From contig OX597823.1 of NCBI GenBank assembly GCA_951406725.2, forward strand, positions 78,058,001 through 78,122,000: a stretch of 64,000 nucleotides of DNA, written 5' to 3'. The stretch's first letter is position 1; each line of letters starts with the position of its first letter. Position numbers and translations under genes: made by a program. The notes under the pieces were generated by a model, which did no database searches, was not told the origin of the DNA, and worked only from the letters and a program-made list of their open reading frames with translations. The stretch comes from Octopus vulgaris (Eukaryota). Shown piece by piece: positions 13,675 through 27,002 of this stretch.

Positions 13675-13735
13675 TGTATGTATGTATGTATGTATGTATG
13701 TATGTATGTATATGTATTTATATGTATATATTGTA
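13170..13735. repeat. Compound TA/TG/TATG microsatellite
   Basis: Read directly. Similar tracts at 9240-9545, 9923-9996, 34540-34646, 36025-36895 and 58776-59332. Trinucleotide tracts at 7316-7418 (TTG/TAG), 12700-12905 (CAC/CAT) and 31484-31548 (TAC). Confidence 0.97.
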
Positions 13736-16105
13736 ATATAAAGAGAGGGAGAGAGGTGGGAGATACCTATATTCAATGCTATTAAGTGGTATTAATAGTT
13801 ATGCGAAAAAGTTTCAATGTCTGTTACTAGTAAATATCATCAGAAGATACAAAGCAAAAACAAAAACCCTAATTACTCTTGCCGTTGTCTGCCAATGTAA
13901 CTTTACAGATAACATTCTCAATGTTCATTCATTAAATATTTGTTACTCCAGAACAGTCAGTAGATAGGCAGAATCAGAAAAAGCAATGAATGAAATTCCT
14001 TGTGTTGTTTCATGAAAATTCCTTTTACTTTCTCACTCCAAATACCTCCATAGTAAACTTTACATTTCATGCTTGTAAAGTGATAAAATATTTAAATACT
14101 GGGTTGATCTAATTGACTGTGTCCTCCCCGCCAAACTTGTGGCTGTTTCATTACGTCAAGAAAGAAAAAGAAAAAAAATGCTATGAATTATTTGCTGCTT
14201 TTCTCCTTTCTTTCTTTCTTTCTTTCTTTCATTTATTTTCTTTCTTTATTCCTTTTCTTTTTGTCTTCATTTCATTTCTGTCCTTTTATTTGTTTTTCTT
14301 TCGTCTTCTTGCTTTCTTCTTCCCCTCCTCTCCTCTTCCTCTGAAGTTTTTGTAATTATTTAGTAGTCATAATAATAATAATACCCACAGATATTCAGAT
14401 TAATATAGACTAATTAATACTAATTATTACACTACACTACATCTTCCCATCCCCAAAGACACTGATTTCCCTAATGACAAACTAACTACTGAACTTTGCT
14501 TTATTGCATGCTTGTTCTAAACACTTTTCTAAAATGCCAGCATATATTTTTTTTTACGTTCATTATCATTCAAAGATATAATACTGTAAACCATTATATT
14601 TCATTATTAGAAAAACAACAACAACAACAACAACAAAAACAAACAACAAAAAAAAACGAGCAATTTATTCTTCTTTACCATATATATCTTAGTGCGGATG
14701 ATACTTGCATACTATGCTACTATTTCATAGGAAAGGAATATATATAAATTTTTAAGGATGTATTGATCAGATTCAGTAAGAATAAAGATACTACCTCTCT
14801 TCTTCCTGTTCTCTCTCTGGTTTCTATACTTTTTCGGTTCCTTTTTTTCCTGTTAGGTTTCATGGTAGGACGAGAAAATAGAGACAAATACTAGAGAAGC
14901 TGAAGTATTTGTCTATTTACCAAACAAACACGAGTTGAAATTCTGCTCATCTGAATTTCATTATACTTTTAAATTAAAAGCACCTCACTATTTACAAAAA
15001 CGAAGCAAATATCTATATTTTCAGAACCTTCCAAATCTCGCTAGATGAGAAAAGGAAAAAAAAAAAAAAAAAAGAAATTAAAGGTCATTTTTATCAGTGT
15101 TAATAAACTGCTTTTACTCAGATATTTTATTGATCCTTCTTAGAAATTGTTTATTAATTTTTGGTGATAACTTTATTGCAGTTTATCATGTTGGCAGTTT
15201 ATTTGATGTCAACTCCAAATTTCTTTCTTTTATTATTTTTACTTCATTCTTTTCCAAATAATATAAAATCTTCTCTTTCTCTCTCTCCCTCTCTTTTACT
15301 ACATGAGTATTGCCTTCTTATTGAAATCTTGTTATTTTCAAGTAATCAATTGGTTATATCTCTTTTTCATCTTTTTTATATACATATATATTTTTTATTT
15401 TATATCTTTACCTTTGGAGAAGTCTCATTACTAGTCTTGCTCTTATAATTAAAGAAAGAAATGCAATATCTGTTGGAATCCTTTTAGTTTCACCCTTTTG
15501 ATACTAACCTCTTGTTCTTTGATAGAAAATTGCCACTTTTAATGTATCCATATTTAAATTAAAATCTTCTATCAAATTTTATGTAAAAAAATTCAAAACA
15601 AAAAACTTTTGTTTAGCTATCTTCAAAAAATAACTTCATAGAGAAATAAGCATTAATGTTAAGTATTTCACTAGATACAACCAATTCTTGATTAAGAGAG
15701 AAACACAGATATTTTTCAGTAGAAATACAGTCATGAAATGGTTAACTACAAGTAGTATATTACCAAAGTGGCAATAAAAATGTAGTAAAACACATTCAGC
15801 CAACCATCACACACAAGTGAATAAGGGTTAGTAATCTTGTGTGCCATGTTTTAGCTAATTGTTTTAGATGCTTTTGTAGTTGCAAGCAGACATAAACACC
15901 CTATCAGGCCCCTCACCCATGACCAGAACTGCCATAAAGACATAGTACATCATGTACACCCAGTCATCATGCTGAATGATTGGCAGTATGGGTTGGTGTC
16001 ATGCACCCTGATTTCACTAATTGTTTTGACTGCCTAAGGAGTTACCAGTTAAAACAGACACTCCTATCAGCTACCTTAGGATGGTACACCATCAGAATCA
16101 TTAGT

Positions 16106-16330
16106 TACTCCTTATTTTTTTGTTGTTGTTTCAGTCACTTGACTGTGGCCATGCTGGAGCACTGCCTTTAGTCGAGCAAATCGACTCCAGGACTTATTCT
16201 TTGTAAGCCTAGTACTTATTCTATCGGTGTCTTTTGCCGAACCGCTAAGTTACAGGGATGTAAACACACTGGCATCGGTTGTTAAACGATGTTGGGGGGG
16301 GGGGGGGCAAACACAGACACACAAACATAT

Positions 16331-16391
<61 letters not shown>

Positions 16392-16553
16392 ACGGGCTTC
16401 TTTCAGTTTCCATCTACCAAATCCACTCACAAGGCTTTGGTCGGCCCGAAGCTATAGTAGAAGACACTTGCCCAAGGTGCCATGCAGTGGGACTGAACTC
16501 GGAACCATGTGGTTCGTAAGCAGGCTACTTACCACACAGCCACTCCTACACCT
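16106..16553 (-). mobile_element. SINE-A
   Basis: Full family A architecture with internal (TA)n. Confidence 0.92.
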
Positions 16554-16856
16554 AACAGCCACATAAAATACTTAGCAGTATATCTTCTGGCTCTTTACAT
16601 ACTGAGTTCAAATCCAGCCGAAGTTAACTGTGTTCTCCATCCCTTCAGGATTGATAGAATATAGCACCAGTTGAGTACTGGGTACTGGGTTTGAGGTAAT
16701 TGACTTGTCCTCTCCTTCTCTTAGAATTACTGGCCTTGAAAACTACAGATGCTGGTATCCCATTCAGTGGGATATCTTGTAATCTCTTGTTGTCTTATAC
16801 AGTATGGAAACTGAGTAACCGTCCTTATGTGTCTTAGGCTCAAAAGCTACATACAC

Positions 16857-17235
16857 ATATGTAGTAGCTGTGTGGTAAGAAGCTTGTTTCCCAACCACAT
16901 GGTTTTAGGTTCAGTCCCACTGCATGGTACCCTGGGAAAGTGTTTTCTAATATAGCTCCAGGCCGACCAAAGCCTTGTGAGTGGATTTGATAGAAAGAAA
17001 CTGAAAGAAGCCTGTCATATATATGTGTGTATGTGTTTGTCCCTTCATCACAGTTGGACAATCAGTGTTGGTGTGTTTATGTCCCTATAACTTAGTAATT
17101 CAGCAAAAGAAACTAATAGGATAAGTACTAGACTTTAAAAAAATGCAAGTCCTGAGGTCAATCTGTTCAACTAAAACCCTTCAAGGCAGTGCTCCAGCTT
17201 GGTCTCAGTCAAATGACTGAAACAAGTAAAAGAAT
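16857..17235 (+). mobile_element. SINE-A (older variant)
   Basis: GCTGTGTGGTAAGAAGCTTG...GGTTCAGTCCCACTG...AATGACTGAAACAAGTAAAAGA. Confidence 0.88.
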
Positions 17236-18512
17236 ATATATATATGTTGTCATGTCATATAAGGGGTTACAGCTGGAAGGAGGACTGAACCTGGTTGGTA
17301 CACATTACTGCTGAATAGACTGGTGCAATGTAGAATGCCTTGCATACAGATGCAATGTGCTGCCAAGTTCATGAATTGAACTGGAAACCCTATGATAACA
17401 AACCAAACTATCTAACCACTAAGCCATGTACCTTCACTAATGCAAAGCAAGAAAAAAAAAAGACCCAGATTTGGAGGTTTCTCAAAAATGTTAATTCTTG
17501 CTATTTGCATTTTGACTCTTTAACATATCTGTCATAATAATAAATGGTCCTCTCTTATCCGTTCTCCCCTCTTTTTTGACCTCTTCTATATTTCTATTTC
17601 ACTAGTTCTCTCATTCTATCCTTTTCTCTCCCTCTCTTTAAACCAAAATTTTTTTACCATTTTTTGTGTGTAGATCTTCTGCTCTTCTCTCTCACCCTCT
17701 CTTGAAATTAATCATTCTGAAGTTTGTATGTCACAGTTGCAATACTCTTTTTTTTATGCATTAGAACGTGCAAACTTATAATGTGCATCTTACTCAGTGC
17801 ACATCCATCTTATTAAGGATTCTCTCTGATGTTGCCATATCAATGTTGTTGACTGAATGTTATTTATCATATTCTTTGCCCTGGTCTAATTAGTTATTCT
17901 GCAGACACACAGACACACAGACTATACAAATATAAGCCCTAAGCCACAGAAGGATCCTTTACATGGTTACTCATTCAGCTAAAAATAGCAGCAAAGTTGC
18001 CATCAAATTAGATCTTTTTTTCTTGGAAAGAGCAATGTAAAATTAAAATTGGTAACGCTGTCTGAAATACATTGTCTGATTAAAAGATGACTGTCATGGT
18101 TGGAATACCTTTCATCACCGGTCTGTTTGACCAGGACTGATTTAGTTCTAAACAGCAAATACTACAATACCCAAACAAATGTTCATCCACACACATATCT
18201 ACACAATGACATTTATTGTTACCTCTTTCAATTACTGCCCCTTTCCAGTAATGACTACATCTTCCTGCCTCTGTACCTTCACACCTTTTATTTACTTACT
18301 TTAATTTTCCACTTACAATAGCTGACTTATTACACCACCTTGCTGGACACCATCATTGAGTGACTTTAACAGTTGCAAGCGTTCAAGCCAGGTCTCTAGG
18401 CTTAGAGTAACTTCCTTCCTTCCTTCCTTCTTTCCTCCTCCTTTTTTCCTTCCTTCCTTCTCATAGGGATAATCTTCCTCTTATGTTGACTGTCTTGAGC
18501 TTATATACCCAA

Positions 18513-18686
18513 TCATCATCATCATCATCATCATCATCGTTTAACGTCTGTTTTCCGTGCTAGCACGGGTCGGATGGTTCGACCGGGGTCTGGGAAGCCA
18601 GGAGGCTGCACCAGGCTCCAGTCTGATCTGGCAGTGTTTCTACAGCTGGATGCTCTTCCTAACGTCAACCACTCCGTGAGTGTAGT
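18513..18686 (-). mobile_element. SINE-C 3' fragment
   Basis: (CAT)n-CGTTTAACGTC...CAGCTGGATGC...CCACTCCGTGAGTGTAG. Other copies at 11222-11560, 19715-19893, 26210-26640, 38930-39197 and 45597-45782. Confidence 0.88.
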
Positions 18687-20454
18687 CCAACCACTTATTT
18701 TGGTTTCCATGGATTTTAAGCTATTGCGGTACAAGACTGCATCCTCAGCCTGAGAATGAAATACAAATCTGTCACAGAGTTAAACCCTCCACCCCACCCT
18801 CAAATCACATCTATCACTTAGTTCTGTCACAAGTCTAAGGATTCATAAAGCCTGAGATTAACCTGGTTTTCATGATATATGAGTGACTAAGATTACAACT
18901 CTCTCTCATGAACACAATGCCAGTGTGTCACATAATTAACTTCCTACATATTTTTGGAACTCATTTTTAAAGTTGAGTGAAATAACGTGTTTTATTCGAG
19001 ACCGTGATCCACTGACTGGTTCAGAAATAATAATTTCAATAGTATTTGAAATTGTAAGATCAAGAGTGCAAGGCCTAACCACAAGGCTATGCATCTTCAC
19101 TCCAGCTATCAATGGGATTAATTTTTAGTAGAATGGATTGAAGCAACAGGAAATGGAGTGCTTTGTTCAAGTACCCAACATACCACCCAGTCCAAGAATT
19201 GATCTTGCAACATAATGGTTGTGACCTCAACACCTGAACTTCTACATCACATATTCTCATGCTTCTCAACCATGAGAAAAAATATAGCTTCAACCTGCTT
19301 TAGTAATTGGCTGTCCATTAAAAAACAAAGAAAACAATTCATTTATGCTAATCATCAATTGTTTCTCTTACTATATTGAGAAATTATTATCTATATTCAG
19401 AATATTTTCAATTAATTAAATTAATATATCTCTCCAGACCAACCCGATATAAGAAAAGGAATGGAAGATTATAATTTTCATTACTCTTTGCTTCATGTTC
19501 ATTTAATCTTTTATTCTTTGTTGATCATTAAAATAAGTACCAACCATATAGCAAAGTGTGTTTATCCAACTGTCTCTCCTAAATTTAGTGACTTTATACT
19601 TGTATTCTTCCAGGGTTAATAAAGTAAACACCTGTCACATACGACAGTCTCCCTAAATTTTGTAACCTAAAGTTTATATCCTTCTAGAATTAATAAAATA
19701 AATATCACGTAAATAGCATGTAAAAAGCACCCACTACACTCACGGAGTGGTTGGCATTAGGAAGGGCATCCAGCCGTAAAACCACTGCCAGATCAGACTG
19801 GGCCTGATGCAGCCTTCTGGCTTCACAGACCCCAGTTGAACCGTCCAACCCATGCTAGCATGGAAAGCGGATGATGATGATGATGATGATGATCAGTCAT
19901 ATAACAAGATGTGTTTAACCAACTGTCTCCCGTAAGTTTTGTGACATGATGCTTGTATCCTTCCAGGGTTAATAAAGAATAAATATAACCAACAAAACTC
20001 GTCCCCTCCTCAAAAATTGTAGCCATTAAACCTATGTTCATTATCACTATCGTTTTACATTGGCTTTCAATGGGTTGAATTGGTTGTCATGGTTTGAGTT
20101 AATTACTATTTGGAGTTACTCCTCCTGGATGGATCAGAGGACCAAGTCATTTTATTTTTGACATGGTTTCTACAGCCGAATCCCTTTTCATAACACCATC
20201 CACTTTACTGAGTGTATGAGATGATTTCAATTGTGACACCCATACTGTTATTCCACAGTAGGAGAAAAGCTTTCCTTGAGCATGCCTTGCTTGGTCTACC
20301 ACATTCTGTAATGGGTGCATTTTATTGTAGCAGCAGCAGCACAAGTGAGGTCTTATATTTTGATATTATAATTATTTTGAAGTAATTCAACTTGTCTTAA
20401 TTTATTGTGTAACATCTCTAACTCACACCTCATTTTTTTATGACATTATTGTAC

Positions 20455-20874
20455 AGGCGTAGGAGTGGCTGTGTGATAAGTAGCTTGCTTGCGAACCACA
20501 TGGTTCTAGGTTCAGGCCCACTGTGTGATAGCTTGGGCAAATGTCTTCTACTATAGCCTCGGGCCAACCAAAGCCTTGTGAGTGGATTTGGTAGATGGAA
20601 ACTGAAATAAGCCTGTCGTATATATGTATATATATATATATATGTATGTGTGTGTATATATTTGTGTGTCTGTGTTTGTCCCTCCAACATCGCTTGACAA
20701 CCAATGCTGGTGTGTTTATGTCCCCATAACATAGCGGTTCGGCAAAAGAGACTGATAGAATAAGTACTAGGTTTACAAAGAATAAGTCCTGGGGTTGATT
20801 TGCTCGATTGACTAAAGGCGGTGCTCCAGCATGGCCACTGTCAAATGACTGAAACAAGTAAAAGAGTAAAAGAG
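20455..20874 (+). mobile_element. SINE-A
   Basis: AGGCGTAGGAGTGGCTGTGTG...GAAACAAGTAAAAGAGTAAAAGAG. Confidence 0.92.
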
Positions 20875-20959
20875 ACCTGCATATTCTTGTATCTCATTTC
20901 TATTGTATGTATGAAAGAATTTTAAAATCAGCCTCCAACCCAATTGCCATCATGATTAT

Positions 20960-21200
20960 TCTATTGTTGTTGCTGTTGCTAAATCTTTTATGGTTGAGTT
21001 GTGCCTCAGCTCCAGCCCAAACCCCAGAGGCATAACACCCTCCTCAGCATATGAGTCATTCCAATTACAACAGTCATTTGTAAGCTTCCTAATATATCTG
21101 GTATGCCTAAAATTTCAGATTCTTTGAAATTTTTCAGCGTACCAACAACAAAAAAACACAATTTTGTCTGTTGCTTGCTTGATGTATTTCTCATACCTGG
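20960..21200 (-). mobile_element. Highly degraded RLE non-LTR C-terminal remnant
   Basis: ORF 21006-21194 ...VVGTL...ILGIPDILGSLQMTVVIGMTHMLRRVLCL resembles the R4/Dong C-terminal LQ.....GTAHILRKVL motif. Confidence 0.5.
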
Positions 21201-21442
21201 CTTGCCAAATCCTGATATTTTTGCCTACCTTCACTCTCTTGGAGATTTTAAATTTTGGTCAGCAGGAACAATGTCTGTCATGACCTATTCATGTGTGTCT
21301 TTGTGCACAATTGTGATATCAATGTGATTATGCTCTACATGCCTGTCTATAAAGATGGTTATTCCTTACCTGAGCTTCATTACTTTTTATAGTTACCTTA
21401 TAAATACATTTGTGTATGTATGTATGTATGTATGTATGTATG

Positions 21443-21760
21443 TCATTGTTCAGTTTTATTTCAAGATTTCTTGGCAATAGAGGAAGAGCCGGTTTCTAAC
21501 CTAGATCCAAGGCTCCTTCATTGGAATTTCAACACCAACAACAGGGCACTTTTGTTTGTTTGTCTGTTTGTTTGTATGTATGTATGTATGTATGTATGTG
21601 TGTATGTGTGTATATTTTGCTTTAGGTATGTATTCTTATGGATATAGTCGCATATGTAAGTATGAATGTATATACATGTATGTGAATATATATGTGTGTG
21701 TGTTGTGTAGACATATATATGTGTATGTTTGTATTTTTATTTGAATGGTAATTTCATGAA
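21443..21760 (-). mobile_element. 3' UTR-only copy of the same R4/Dong-like family
   Basis: TCATTGTTCAGTTTTATTTCAAGATTTC...TTCTAACCTAGAT...GGCTCCTTCATTGGAATTT matches 53833-53940 and abuts (TGTA)n at the same junction. Confidence 0.85.
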
Positions 21761-22173
21761 GAAGTAGATACTTTGCGTTATTCAGCTTAATACCTCGCTC
21801 ATCTGCTTTTATCTCTTAACAAGATCTGATTCATCTTTCATCATTCAAGTGTTGATAAAATAAACTACAGTCAGATACTTAGAGATAATAAATTAAGTAC
21901 TAATTGCACAAATTAGTCTTGTGTCTTCTCAAAAGTAATGATTCGTGTTTACAAGCTCTTTACAATTTGTTTACCTGACTGAATGACAGAGGAAGAAACA
22001 CAGTATTTAAAGAGTCTTAAACAGTCTCAAAGACATGGGGAAGCTAGAGGGTTTGAGTTGTCTCACAGATGGTAGATTCAGTGGCCAGATGGTAGCATTA
22101 ATCCAGGCTGCAAATTAGTTTGCTTCAAAAAAGTCAGTTACATACAATTCGCCTGACTGTCTTCCCTAGAGTT

Positions 22174-22409
22174 TCTTATTTCGTTATTGCCCACAAGGGG
22201 CTAAACATAGAGGGGACAAACAAGGGCAGACAAAGGGATTAAGGCGATTACATTGACCCCAGTGCATAACTGGTACTTAATTTATCGACCCCAAAAGGAT
22301 AAAAGGCAAAGTCGACCTCAGCGGAATTTGAACTCACAATGTAACGGCAGAGGAAATACCACTAAGCATTTCGCCCAGCATGTTAACGTTTCTGCCAGCT
22401 CGCTGCCTT
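22174..22409 (-). mobile_element. SINE-B
   Basis: Full-length, closely matching 23496-23715 in reverse complement. Confidence 0.9.
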
Positions 22410-22989
22410 ACAGTTTCCTTACAGTTTCTTTTAACCTAATTACTCTCACAAGGCTTTGGTTGATGTAAGTTGATAACAATAGATACTTTTATACCACTCC
22501 ACACAGTTTGTAGGATCGAAGTTAAAATTTGTGATTCTAAACCAATGTTTTCAGCTTCATAGCTTTTTCTGTATACATAATGTCTATATGCACAAGGACA
22601 TCCAGTCAGAGAATCCATGCCAAAACCGACAGTAGAGTTTGGCATAGCCCTCTAGCTTGCCAGTTCCTGTCAAACTGTTCAAACCATGCCAGCATGGAAA
22701 GTAGATATTAAATAACGATAATGAAGATTTTGGGATAGGTTTGAAGAAAGGTTGGTGCCATGTTTTTCTAAAACCATTGAGTTCAATGCCATAAATTTTT
22801 CTCTTGTATGGATGCAAGCTGACAACTTCAGAAAAATATAAAGTTTGATACTTGGATAGTTCTATGAGTTGGTAGCTGAAGTATTTTATATATAATCATT
22901 AACATCACAGTCTTAATAGAGTTTACCTTTGATTAGACATACCGGCCATGCCTTTCCCATCTGTTTTTTCTGTTTTGTAATTGTATAAC

Positions 22990-23397
22990 TGTAATGATAT
23001 GCATAAGATCTGGTCATCAAATCTAACTTAAAATCTTCAAAGCCACAGTCGAACCAATTCTACTATATGGCTCAGAAACCTGGACATTATCAAAGAAGCT
23101 TGAGAGGCGGTTGGCTGGAACATACACTCACCTCCTTATGAGAGCTCAAAATATCTCGTGGAAGTGTCATCCAATCAAAGTACAAATATATGGGAAATTA
23201 CCACCTGTATCATCTCTTGTGAAAGGTAGAAGAGTCCAGATTGCTGGACATTGTTGTAGAGCTGAAAACGAGGTAATTTCTACTCTTTTCCTCTGGAAGC
23301 CATCTGCTTGCAATACAGAGGGTGCACACTCTCCTACCCTGATGTAATCTCCAGGGATACAGGCATCCAGCAACAGGACCTCTGTAATGCTTTGATG
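22990..23397 (+). mobile_element. RTE-clade LINE ORF C-terminal fragment
   Basis: CNDMHKIWSSNL/LKIFKATVEPILLYGSETWTLSKKLERRLAGTYTHLLMRAQNISW...RRVQIAGHCCRAENEVISTLFLWKP; the YGSETW and RR...AGH motifs are typical of RTE LINEs. Confidence 0.85.
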
Positions 23398-23495
23398 GTT
23401 TGGTAGAAGATTTTAATTCAAGACTTATGGAAGCAAGACATTTGTAGTCAGAGTCAGAGCCGGTTTCTGCTGGGTTGATAACAAAAGGGTTATCT

Positions 23496-23715
23496 AAGGC
23501 GGCAAGCTGGCAGAACCGTTAGCATGCCGGGTGAAATGCGTAGCCGTATTTTGTCTGCCGTTACATTCTGAGTTCAAATTCCGCCGAGGTCGACTTTGCC
23601 TTTCTTCCTTTTGGGGTCGTACCAGTTACGCACTGGGGTCGATGTAATTGACTTAATCCATTTGTCTGTCCTTGTTTGTCCCCTTTATGTTTAGCCCCTT
23701 GTGGGTAATAAAGAA
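23496..23715 (+). mobile_element. SINE-B
   Basis: AAGGCGGCAAGCTGGCAGAACCGTTAGC...GAGTTCAAATTCCGCCGAGGTCGACTTTGCC...GGGTAATAAAGAAA. Confidence 0.9.
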
Positions 23716-24661
23716 ACACATTATGAAAGGGTTAAGCTACTCCTGCTAAAGTAGAATTATGGTGTGACATAGTTAAGGAAAAATTTGCTGCTAATTCTAG
23801 CAGGTCTGTTGACTTTGTAGAGGATTTTTCATTTGTTCAAGGCTAATAGCAGTTTCACACTGGCAAGAGTAATTGCAGCAGTGAATGCAATATACTTCAC
23901 TATTATGACAATCTAGTTGAACTCACTTGTGTTTTAGGTTGTGATCTCAACATTGCCAATGAAAAGTTCTCCGTCTGAAATAAATTTTAATGGTTTGCCA
24001 CCTTTCTTCACACTGAGCAATCAATTTATCTGTGTTAGATTAATTTACTATGCTGTATAATAATAATTTTTGTGTCAGAACATCAATACTCTTTCCATGT
24101 TTAGAGCTTTCATTCATAAAGCATGTGCCTCTGCAAATTTCTTCTTATTTTCACATTTTAAACAAAAGCCATTTTAACATAAATACACAATTTGTTGGTT
24201 TCAATTGTTTTACAATTTGTCATATTTATATAACTTTGAGTATAAAATATAGCAACAACAAACATTAAAATAAAACAGTTTCTTTTGTTTCAATTAAGTG
24301 TATACCTGAGGGTAGAAATGGTATTTGTGTTTATATTGTATTTTTGTACATTAATTTATGTAGAGTTCCAAACAAACAAGGGGGAAAAAAATGATGAAAA
24401 AATTTCATGCTATGTTTTTAGTTGATACTTTAAACAAGTGTGCTCAAGGTGAGCTGTATTATATCAGTGTTGTTAAATAAGCGTCAATAATTTATGCGTC
24501 CATTTTAGTGTTTCTTGCTTTCTTTTTTTTTAATTTGATTTTAGTGTTTAAAATGCGTTCACACTCAAAATATAAAAATAGAATAGATAATAATATGTTA
24601 AATAAAGCCATAAAATTACAAGTTGCTCTCTTTGTGTTATCCAAGACAATCAAGACAATAT

Positions 24662-25175
24662 TCTTTTATTCTTTTACTTGTTTCAGTCATTTGACTGTGG
24701 CCATGCTGGGTTTTTAGTTGAACAAATCGACTGTGGCCATGCTGGGTTTTTAGTTGAACAAATCGACCCTAGGATTTATTCTTTGTAAGCCTAGTACTTA
24801 TTCTTACTTCTTTATTGCCCACAAGGGGCTAAACATAGAGGGGACAAACAAGGACAGACAAAGTGATTGAGTTGATTACATCGACCCCAGTGTGTAACTG
24901 GTACTTAAATTATCATCCCCGAAAGGATGAAAGGCAAAGTCGACCCCGGGGGAATTTGAATTCAGAACGTAACAGGAGACTTCGTCTGGCATGCTAATGT
25001 CTCTGCCAGCTCACCGCCTTTAAGCCTAGTACTTATTCTATCGGTCTCTTTTGCTAAACCACTAAGTTACGGGGACATAAATACACCAACACCACTTGTC
25101 AAATGATTTTGGGTGGGTGAGGAGACAAACACAGACACAAACATACAAATATATACATATACATATATATATATA
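24662..25175 (-). mobile_element. Partial SINE-A with a 36-bp tandem duplication and a nested SINE-B
   Basis: GACTGTGGCCATGCTGGGTTTTTAGTTGAACAAATC occurs twice (24693-24764); interrupted at 24805-25020. Confidence 0.88.
24805..25020 (-). mobile_element. SINE-B (Nin/Deu-like domain) nested in SINE-A
   Basis: Perfect 19-bp TSD TAAGCCTAGTACTTATTCT (24786-24804 and 25021-25039); GACTTTGCCTTTCATCCTTTCGGGG domain on the minus strand. Confidence 0.93.
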
Positions 25176-27002
25176 TATTATAGACAAAATAATTGAGATT
25201 TAGATGAATTTAGCTACTTCAGTTGAGGCACCAAAAATTAGTGCGGAATTATCTGTACAGTTTCAAATAAGGTGAATAAAATCAAAATAAGCAACAGGAT
25301 ATCCAGAGGTGACACAGTGCAATTGTTTCAAGTGAATGCATTTAATTGAATAATGCAATCATTACATCAATTTAAATTCAGCTGCATAAATAAATAAATA
25401 AATAAATATATAAATGAATAAATAGAATTTATTTAATCAATTGGACACATTTGTATAATTTTACCTAAATCCTCTAAGAGGGTAAGAAGACAAAGTCCAT
25501 GCTGTATTCACTTCAGCTTAGAAGCTACTAAGACCTCAGGAAAAAAAAAAACTTGCTAGAATTTTAGCTTGTCACTGATTTTTGTGTCAGTTTTCATTTA
25601 TAGTCTTGTTTATCAAATCTTTGTATATCAAAATCTAAGACCAATGAGCATTGTCTGTTAGGAAAGGGCCTGAGGGAGTTGATAGAATCATAGTGGGCAT
25701 TGTCATAAAACTTGTCAAGATTAGTTTGAAGTAGTAATAAAGTAACTGTCTATAATGAGGTATGGTAAAGAAAGAACTTAAATCAGGGTATTAGTTATCA
25801 GTTAAAGGGGCAAGACTCTAATAAAACCAATGATGATAATACAGGTGAAATTTTCTCATGGGGTACTATAGTTGAATGATTTAAACAATATTGTTATATT
25901 GTATAAAGATAAAATTTAGGGTTATCAAGAAAATATTAAGAATATCATAACCAAAAGGATAAATCTTTGAATACTTTTGGGTATATAGCAAACTTTACAC
26001 TTGTTTAAAGTATATGTATATCATAAAAACAAAAGCAAAGATCACATATTTTATTGGTGTGTCTTCTCTTCTCAGAATATCAAACTTTATATTTTTCTGG
26101 AGTTGTCAACTTGCATCCATACAAGAGAAAAATTAATGGCATTGAACTCAATGGTTTTAGAAAAACATGGCACCAACCTTTCTTCAAACCTGTACCAAAA
26201 TCTTCATTATCATTATTTAAAATCTACTTTCCATGCTGGCATGGGTTGAACAGTTTGACAAGAACTGGCAAACTAGAGGGCCATGCCAAGCTCTACTGTC
26301 GGTTTTGGCATGGTTTCTCTGGCTGGATGTCCTGCCTAACACCAACCACTTTACAGAGTATGCTGGGATACCTTTTGTGTGGTACCTGCTCCAGCTGGAT
26401 CATCAAGCACCTCACAAGTTGGGACAAAGTCCCCTCAATTGGGGACTAATATTGAGGGAGGTGGTCTTGAGCCAGGTAACGAGATGTTAAAAGAATAATT
26501 GAGAGTTAGAGATAGGTGTCTTACTGTAGAAGGGATACAAGGGTATCTCAATTGGATAAAAAGCAAGAGAAGAAAATTTAAAGAGAAAGGTAGTAGATGG
26601 TGATAGAGGAAGAGAGGGGGTGGATATGACAGGACATACCCTCGGAGCAACACAAACATACACACACATACATGAACATGCATATATATAATTTCCTTCT
26701 TCTGTTCTTGCCATATCTAACTTATAAGTTAGCTTCTGTTTATATATTTCTGTAGTTCCCAAAAGGCAAAAATGTTTTTAAAAATTATATATTGTTAAAG
26801 TAACAATTATAGATTAAATATGTGTGTTTGTCTATGTGAGTATGTGAGTGTGTGTCTGTGTGCGTGCGTGTGTGTGTGTTTGTGTGTGTAATATCAGGGA
26901 TGAGGTGCCTATAATATAATCAAACACAAGGTATATATAGTCACTGAAGATGCTACATATATAACTAAGGAAGAGATGTTTGTATATATATACATATATA
27001 TA

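Larger units (their letters stand above)
22595..26333. repeat. 256-bp inverted duplication (22595-22850 / 26078-26333)
   Basis: Manual comparison gives about 14 mismatches and no indels (~94-95% identity); spacer ~3.2 kb. Confidence 0.92.
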
